DNA of 64,000 nucleotides from Planctomycetota bacterium. GTDB lineage: Bacteria > Planctomycetota > UBA1135 > UBA2386. The position numbers and the translations under genes were made by a program. The notes below the pieces were generated by a model. That model worked only from the letters and a program-made list of their open reading frames with translations, was not told where the DNA came from and searched no databases. Below, one piece after another: positions 58,809 through 64,000 of this stretch (its first letter is position 1; each line of letters begins with the position of its first letter). The DNA lies in assembly GCA_947501605.1 (NCBI GenBank), contig CANMWZ010000018.1:1-64000 (forward strand). Direction: 5' to 3'.

Positions 58809-59927
58809 TCAGCGAGTGAACTTGGCGATCGCTCCGACTACGTCGATCTGCTCGGCCTCCGTCAGGCCCTGGAAGATCGGCAGGGCAAGGCTGGTAGCTG
58901 CGGCCTTCTCGGCGACCGGGAAGTCCCCGGGCTTGCCGTTCAGGTAGCGGAAGCACGGCTGCAGATGGAACGGGATCGGATAGTAGACCGCACTGCCGAT
59001 GCCCTGTTCGCGCAGGTGCTGCAACAGGTCGTCGCGATGCTCTTGCGGCACGCGCATGACGAACTGGTGGTAGGCGTGTCGATCGCCGACGTCGGTTGGC
59101 AGTTGCAGCCACTCGGTCACTGTCGTCTTGGCGAAGAGGGTCCGATAGCGCGCGGCGTTGTCGCGGCGCGTCGCCGTGATCTTCTCGATGTCGCGCAGCC
59201 GAACGCGCAGGGCCGCCGCCTGGATGGCGTCCATGCGGAAGTTGCCGCCGACGATGTTGTGCTTGTAGAGCTCGGCCTGGCCGTGGTTCCGCAGCATCTT
59301 GCAGCGGTCGTAGAAGTCCCTGTCGTTGGTTGTCAGGAAGCCGCCATCGCCGATGCCGCCGAGGTTCTTGGTCGGGAACGTCGACCAGCCCGAGCACAGG
59401 CCGTCGTTGCCGCACATGCGGCCCTTGTACTTGGTGCCGATCGCTTGCGCGGCGTCTTCGATCAGTGGCACGCCTGCCTTGCGGCAGATCGCGCTGATCG
59501 AGTCCACGTCGAACGGAGCGCCGAACAGGTGCACGGCCATGACGGCCTTGACCTTCTTCGAGCGCTTCAGTGCCTCTTCGAGCCGTTGTGGGTCGATGCC
59601 CAAGAACGTGGGCTCGACATCGACGAACACTGGCGTCGCACCCGTTCGCGCGACGACGCCGGCCGTAGCGAAGAACGAATACGTCGGCAGCAGCACTTCG
59701 TCCCCTGGGCCGATGCCGAGTGCCATGAGCGGGCACAGCAACGCATCGGTGCCGGACGACATCGAAAGGGCATGGGCACACCCGAGGTAGGCGCAGAGCT
59801 CTTGCTCGAAGCGCTCGACCTCGGGTCCGAGGATGTACTGGCCGCTTCTGACGACGGCGCTGATGACGGCTTCGATCTGGGCGAGCTGTGCCTTGTCGCG
59901 GCACAGGTCGATCATTGGCACGGGCAT
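58809..59927 (-). CDS. DegT/DnrJ/EryC1/StrS sugar aminotransferase
   Basis: SSGTDAL, IEDAAQAIG, FPTKNLGGIGDGG, NFRMDAIQAA, YYPIP. Confidence 0.95.
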   Translation of the reverse strand: MPVPMIDLCRDKAQLAQIEAVISAVVRSGQYILGPEVERFEQELCAYLGCAHALSMSSGTDALLCPLMALGIGPGDEVLLPTYSFFATAGVVARTGATPVFVDVEPTFLGIDPQRLEEALKRSKKVKAVMAVHLFGAPFDVDSISAICRKAGVPLIEDAAQAIGTKYKGRMCGNDGLCSGWSTFPTKNLGGIGDGGFLTTNDRDFYDRCKMLRNHGQAELYKHNIVGGNFRMDAIQAAALRVRLRDIEKITATRRDNAARYRTLFAKTTVTEWLQLPTDVGDRHAYHQFVMRVPQEHRDDLLQHLREQGIGSAVYYPIPFHLQPCFRYLNGKPGDFPVAEKAAATSLALPIFQGLTEAEQIDVVGAIAKFTR

Positions 59928-60000
59928 GGGCGGGCAGGATAGGGGCCCGCCGCGCGCATGGAAGAGCGGGCAGCGGGTTGCGTCGGCAGCCCGCGGTGCG

Positions 60001-62808
60001 TCACTGCGCGCGCAAGTTCGTCTGCAGGCCGTCCGACGACGACAGGCCTTGCGGCTGGCAGGCGTCGAACCACGCGAACTGCGTGTAGATCGGCAAGCCG
60101 TCGTAGAGCAGCAGGCTCGGCAGCGGCAGCAACCGTGCGGCCGTGCCCTGCGCGTCAGCCGCGAGGAACTCAACCCACGCCGAGGGGTTGGCGAGATCGA
60201 CCAGCACGGTGACTCCGGCGATCGGCACGTTTGCCGAGGCGAAGCCGAGTGCGAAGAAGCCGGCGCCGCTTGCGGGGGCGTTGTCGCCGACAAGGGCAAA
60301 CGTCGCGCTGCCGAGGCGGGCTTCGCTGTTGGCGCGAATGCGCGGTGCACCTGGACAACCGTTGGTCGCGATGCCGTACTGGATCGACTGCTCGTCGCCA
60401 TCCAGTGCGTTGTCGAGGTCGCGATCGCGCGCCATGCGCTGGCCCGCACCCGGCGGCACGCCGGTGAAGGTCAGCGCGGCATTGCCTGCCTGCGCCAGTG
60501 CGACGAGCTGCGTGCGCGTCTGCGCCACGAAGCCCGTGGCGTTGCCCTGGAAGGAGCCAAGTGAGGTCGAGTAGAGCAGGCCGCGGACGACGCTCGAAAC
60601 CGTGCCTTGGGCGACGACGTCAAGGTCTCCGGCGATCGCGCGCGCGATCAGCAGATCCAGGTCGGCAAGGGCCGCCGCGTTGGTCGCGTTCGATTGGTCG
60701 ATCGTGACCTGCAGGCCGACGGCCGGCGCCGTGCCGGTGTCCATGGCCATGACGAAGGGGACGATCTTCGACATCACGTTCGCGCCCAGCGCCGAGCGCC
60801 ACGGGTTGAACACTGGCAGGGCGAGGAAGTCCGCGACGGTGCCCACCGAGCCATCGTGCGTGTAGCCAAAGCCGCTCTTCTGCGGACCCGCCGTCCGCGT
60901 CAAGCCGACCTTGCGGTACATGTTGCGCAACTGTGCGACCTTCATCTGCTGCGGCTCTTGCAGGATCGAGCCAGTGACAACCTGTCGGTTCGTGCCGGTG
61001 AGGTTGCCGACGTCGTGGGTGTGGCAGGTGTTGCAGCTGATCGTGACGAATCCGCCAAGGTTGCTGGCGGTCGCGTCAAACGCCACCTGGCCTTCGGACT
61101 CGCTGGCGCCAGCCGGCGTGGTGCGCAGCGTGCGCGTCTTCAGCTGGTTCGGGTTCGGCGGGAACGCGATGCTGGTCGCGAACTGCGCGTAGAGGTTCAT
61201 GTCTGCAGTCGACAGCAGCGAGCCGCCCATCAGCGAGTTGAAGGCGCCATTGAACGCCTGGAAGTTGACGCGATCGCCGCGCCAGTGGAACGGCGCAGTT
61301 GCCGACAGACCCTTCAGAGTCTGCGTCGTCATCGCGCCCTTCATCGGGTGGAACGACGACAGCGGCAGAAGGTTGAACGGGCTGACGGTGTTCACCGGCG
61401 CCGAAGCCATGGTGCCGCTCGGATCGCCGAGGTCCCATGAGAGGCCGTCGAGGTCGCCATCGGTGTGGCACGAAGCGCAGCTCATCGTGCCGTTACCGGC
61501 GAGCTTGGCGTCGTAGAGGAACTTGCGGCCGTCGCGGATATTGGTCGGCGTCGGGTCGTAGGAGCCGAGCGCCACTTCGCCTAGCAGTGCATTGCTGCTG
61601 GTGTCGATCACACTGATCGACGACGAGAGCTTGTTGTGCACGTAGAGGCGCTGGGTTGCTGTTGCCAGTGCGAGGCCACGCGGGCCGCGCTTGTTGATGG
61701 TGTTGATGAGCGCGCCCGGCGTGCCGCCCATTTCGATGCGCGCGAGCACATTGCCACTGCCGTCGAGCACGCCGATGCGGTCGGTGCCCTGCGCGGCGAC
61801 GTAGATGCGACCGACGGCGGCGTCGATGGCGACGCCGTAGGGTTCGGCAAGGGCCGTCGACAGCGCTGCGTTGTTCGGCAGCAATGCGTAGTTGATGCCC
61901 GGGTTGAGGTCGATCGGCGTGACCACCGGCGAGGCGCCCGTGGTGATGCGCGTGATCCGGCTGTCGATCGCGTGGCCCTTGAGCACCGGCTCGAACGCGA
62001 CCAGGTTGCGCGCTTCGGTATTGGCAACCCAGAGATCGCCGGTCAGAGGGTTCACAGCGATGCCGGTGTTGGTGGTCCCGACGGCGCGGAAGTTGCGCGT
62101 GACAGTCAGCGACGCGACGTCGATTTCGGCGATGTCGTTGTCAGGCAACGTGAACGGGATCTGCGCGGCCCACGCTGGGTCGTCGGCGCGGACGATCTTG
62201 CTGGTCAGCGGCGCGGCCGGCAGCGACGTATTGGTGGGCGCCGGTTGTGACTGGTTTGGAACCGTGGTGGTGCCGTTACCCGAGCGCTGCACGACGGCGT
62301 AGACCTTGGTTCCGGCAGCGTTGACCGCGAGGTTGCGCGGGTCCTTGCCGAATACCGCGACAGAGCCCAGCGACGCGCGAGACGTCGCATCGAACACGGC
62401 GACGCGATCGCTGGCTGCCGCTGTCACGAAGGCTTTGCCGCCCGCGAACACGACGTCCGATGGCTCGTCGGCGACTTGCAGAGTGGCGACGACGCGACCC
62501 TGAGCCAGCGACACGATGCTGACCGAGTCAGAGAGGTGGTTGACAACCCAGACTTCGTCGCTGGTGCGCGGATTGACGGATACTGGCTCGAGGCCGACGG
62601 GGATCTCGTGCAGCAGCACCGGCGCGTTCGGGTTCTGCAGGCTGTAGACGCAGAGCCGTTGGTCGGCAGTGTGCGCTGCAAACAGCCGCGTGCCATCGGC
62701 GGAGAGGCGGATCGAGCTGACGATCGGACTCTCGTAGTTGACGAACGACTGCGCATTGGCCGCGACCGTCAGGAGCACTGCTGCCGCGAGGACATGGGAT
62801 CGATGCAT
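60001..62808 (-). CDS. Secreted YVTN beta-propeller + di-heme cytochrome c (CcP/MauG-like) protein with CTD variant
   Basis: Signal peptide; propeller blades; CASCH and CNTCH; HPMKG, PFHWRGDR; terminal GLPIYTQ...SSDG. Confidence 0.85.
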   Translation of the reverse strand: MHRSHVLAAAVLLTVAANAQSFVNYESPIVSSIRLSADGTRLFAAHTADQRLCVYSLQNPNAPVLLHEIPVGLEPVSVNPRTSDEVWVVNHLSDSVSIVSLAQGRVVATLQVADEPSDVVFAGGKAFVTAAASDRVAVFDATSRASLGSVAVFGKDPRNLAVNAAGTKVYAVVQRSGNGTTTVPNQSQPAPTNTSLPAAPLTSKIVRADDPAWAAQIPFTLPDNDIAEIDVASLTVTRNFRAVGTTNTGIAVNPLTGDLWVANTEARNLVAFEPVLKGHAIDSRITRITTGASPVVTPIDLNPGINYALLPNNAALSTALAEPYGVAIDAAVGRIYVAAQGTDRIGVLDGSGNVLARIEMGGTPGALINTINKRGPRGLALATATQRLYVHNKLSSSISVIDTSSNALLGEVALGSYDPTPTNIRDGRKFLYDAKLAGNGTMSCASCHTDGDLDGLSWDLGDPSGTMASAPVNTVSPFNLLPLSSFHPMKGAMTTQTLKGLSATAPFHWRGDRVNFQAFNGAFNSLMGGSLLSTADMNLYAQFATSIAFPPNPNQLKTRTLRTTPAGASESEGQVAFDATASNLGGFVTISCNTCHTHDVGNLTGTNRQVVTGSILQEPQQMKVAQLRNMYRKVGLTRTAGPQKSGFGYTHDGSVGTVADFLALPVFNPWRSALGANVMSKIVPFVMAMDTGTAPAVGLQVTIDQSNATNAAALADLDLLIARAIAGDLDVVAQGTVSSVVRGLLYSTSLGSFQGNATGFVAQTRTQLVALAQAGNAALTFTGVPPGAGQRMARDRDLDNALDGDEQSIQYGIATNGCPGAPRIRANSEARLGSATFALVGDNAPASGAGFFALGFASANVPIAGVTVLVDLANPSAWVEFLAADAQGTAARLLPLPSLLLYDGLPIYTQFAWFDACQPQGLSSSDGLQTNLRAQ

Positions 62809-63145
62809 GGGAGAGGCCTGGGGGGAGAAGAGAATCGTAGACTCGTGGGCGTGGACGGTTTCGCGGCCGTCCGCGGTCCCGCGAGCAGGCTGGGCGGAGG
62901 CACAGGAGCATAACTCCTGACCAGCGATTTGGGGCCCGTGCGAGTGGCGCTTCGTTGCCGTCCGTTCGGTCGACCGCCTTGCCGGCCGGGCGAGGCCTCT
63001 CGCGCCGAGTGAATGACCGGTGGCGCCGCAGTCGTGGGGCGAGACGACCGTGCTGGTGGCATGTGCCAGTGCGCCGATCCTAGAACGGGACTCTGCGACC
63101 CGGCAGCGAAGCCGCCTGCTTCCGCTGGTCCGATAGGTCGTGACG

Positions 63146-63892
63146 ATGCCCGACCCTCGGCCAGTCCGTCGCCTTGCCCTCGCCGCGATGGCGACCGCTC
63201 TTGCGTTCGTTGCCGTGCACTGCCTGTTCTTCCTGACGTGGACCATTCAGCGGCGAACGCCGATGGCAGTGAAGAACTGGTTTGACCTGCGCAATGACTA
63301 CAGCCTGCCGTCGTGGTTTGGCTTCCTGTGCCTGTCTGCCGCTGGCATTGCCTGCCTGCGTTGGGGGCAGCGCTCGGGCCGGCGAGGCATCCTCACGACA
63401 GGCGTGTTGTTCCTATTCCTCACCGTCGACGACCTGTTGATGCTGCACGAGCGCATCGGTGGGCTGTTTGCCGAGAGCCTGAGTCGGACGGGCACCTACG
63501 CCTGGGTTCTGGTGCTCGTCATTCCGCTCTGCCTCTCCGGGCTGGTCGCTGCATGGTCCTGCTGGTCGGCGCTCGCTGGCGACCGTCCAGCGCGAAGGAT
63601 GCTGTTTGGGGGCTTTGCCTGCCTCGGCACTTCGATGGTGATCGAGGCCTTCGAGCAGAAAGTGACGCACTCAGGGCTCCGTTGGCGCGAGCTCGATCTG
63701 GTGCTCTACACCCAGGTCGTCGAAGAGACCTTGGAGATGGTCGGCCCACTGTTGGTTGCATGGGCTGCCGCCGAAGCGTGGCGGAGAACTCCGCAGCGGC
63801 CGCGGCGTGCACCGCGGACGATGGCCGCGGCCGCGGCCGTGCTGGTGGCAGCGCCGCAGGAGCAAGAACAAGAGGTTGGTTGCGGCGTGTGA
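63146..63892 (+). CDS. Membrane protein of unknown function
   Basis: Multiple TMs; FDL..DYSLPSWF, LTVDD..LHERIG, VEETLEM. Confidence 0.7.
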   Translation: MPDPRPVRRLALAAMATALAFVAVHCLFFLTWTIQRRTPMAVKNWFDLRNDYSLPSWFGFLCLSAAGIACLRWGQRSGRRGILTTGVLFLFLTVDDLLMLHERIGGLFAESLSRTGTYAWVLVLVIPLCLSGLVAAWSCWSALAGDRPARRMLFGGFACLGTSMVIEAFEQKVTHSGLRWRELDLVLYTQVVEETLEMVGPLLVAWAAAEAWRRTPQRPRRAPRTMAAAAAVLVAAPQEQEQEVGCGV

Positions 63893-63895
63893 GCC

Positions 63896-64000
63896 TCAGG
63901 ATGGCCCAGACGAGTTGGCGCGCGCTTGCCGGTCGAGGTCCCTCTTGAACTCGGCAATGCGCATGCGCCGCATGCCCATGACGACGCCGAAGCCAGCGCC
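63896..64000 (-). CDS. 3' end of a CDS truncated by the window edge
   Basis: Open frame GAGFGVVMGMRRMRIAEFKRDLDRQARANSSGPS*. Confidence 0.45.
   Translation of the reverse strand, partial: GAGFGVVMGMRRMRIAEFKRDLDRQARANSSGPS

Overview
GC-rich bacterial chromosomal segment. The gene content (HEAT+vWA protein, MFS-spermidine synthase fusion, many secreted proteins with a shared beta-rich C-terminal domain) suggests an uncultured Planctomycetota-like organism; this is inference only. The window opens at the right boundary of an integrative element: a tyrosine integrase next to a 3' half-copy of tRNA-Asp(GTC). Housekeeping genes follow (ppk1, pilT, rdgB, rph, a Na/Ca antiporter, a methyltransferase, a GT4), then a compact flagellar basal-body operon flgB-flgC-fliE-F-G-H-I-J-(MotE/YlxF-like)-fliL-M-N that locally lacks the hook, stator and export-gate genes. 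The right half holds an unannotated UGA-readthrough TlpA-type selenoprotein candidate (W-U-G-P-C), metH, a ~165 bp palindromic element upstream of two paralogs, and nine signal-peptide proteins with unrelated passenger domains that end in a similar ~120-140 aa C-terminal domain. Five of the nine form a mosaic tandem array of nidogen-like proteins, and one of these is internally permuted. The shared C-terminal domain is the best candidate for an undescribed sorting or surface-display system. All calls come from reading the sequence; no database searches were run.
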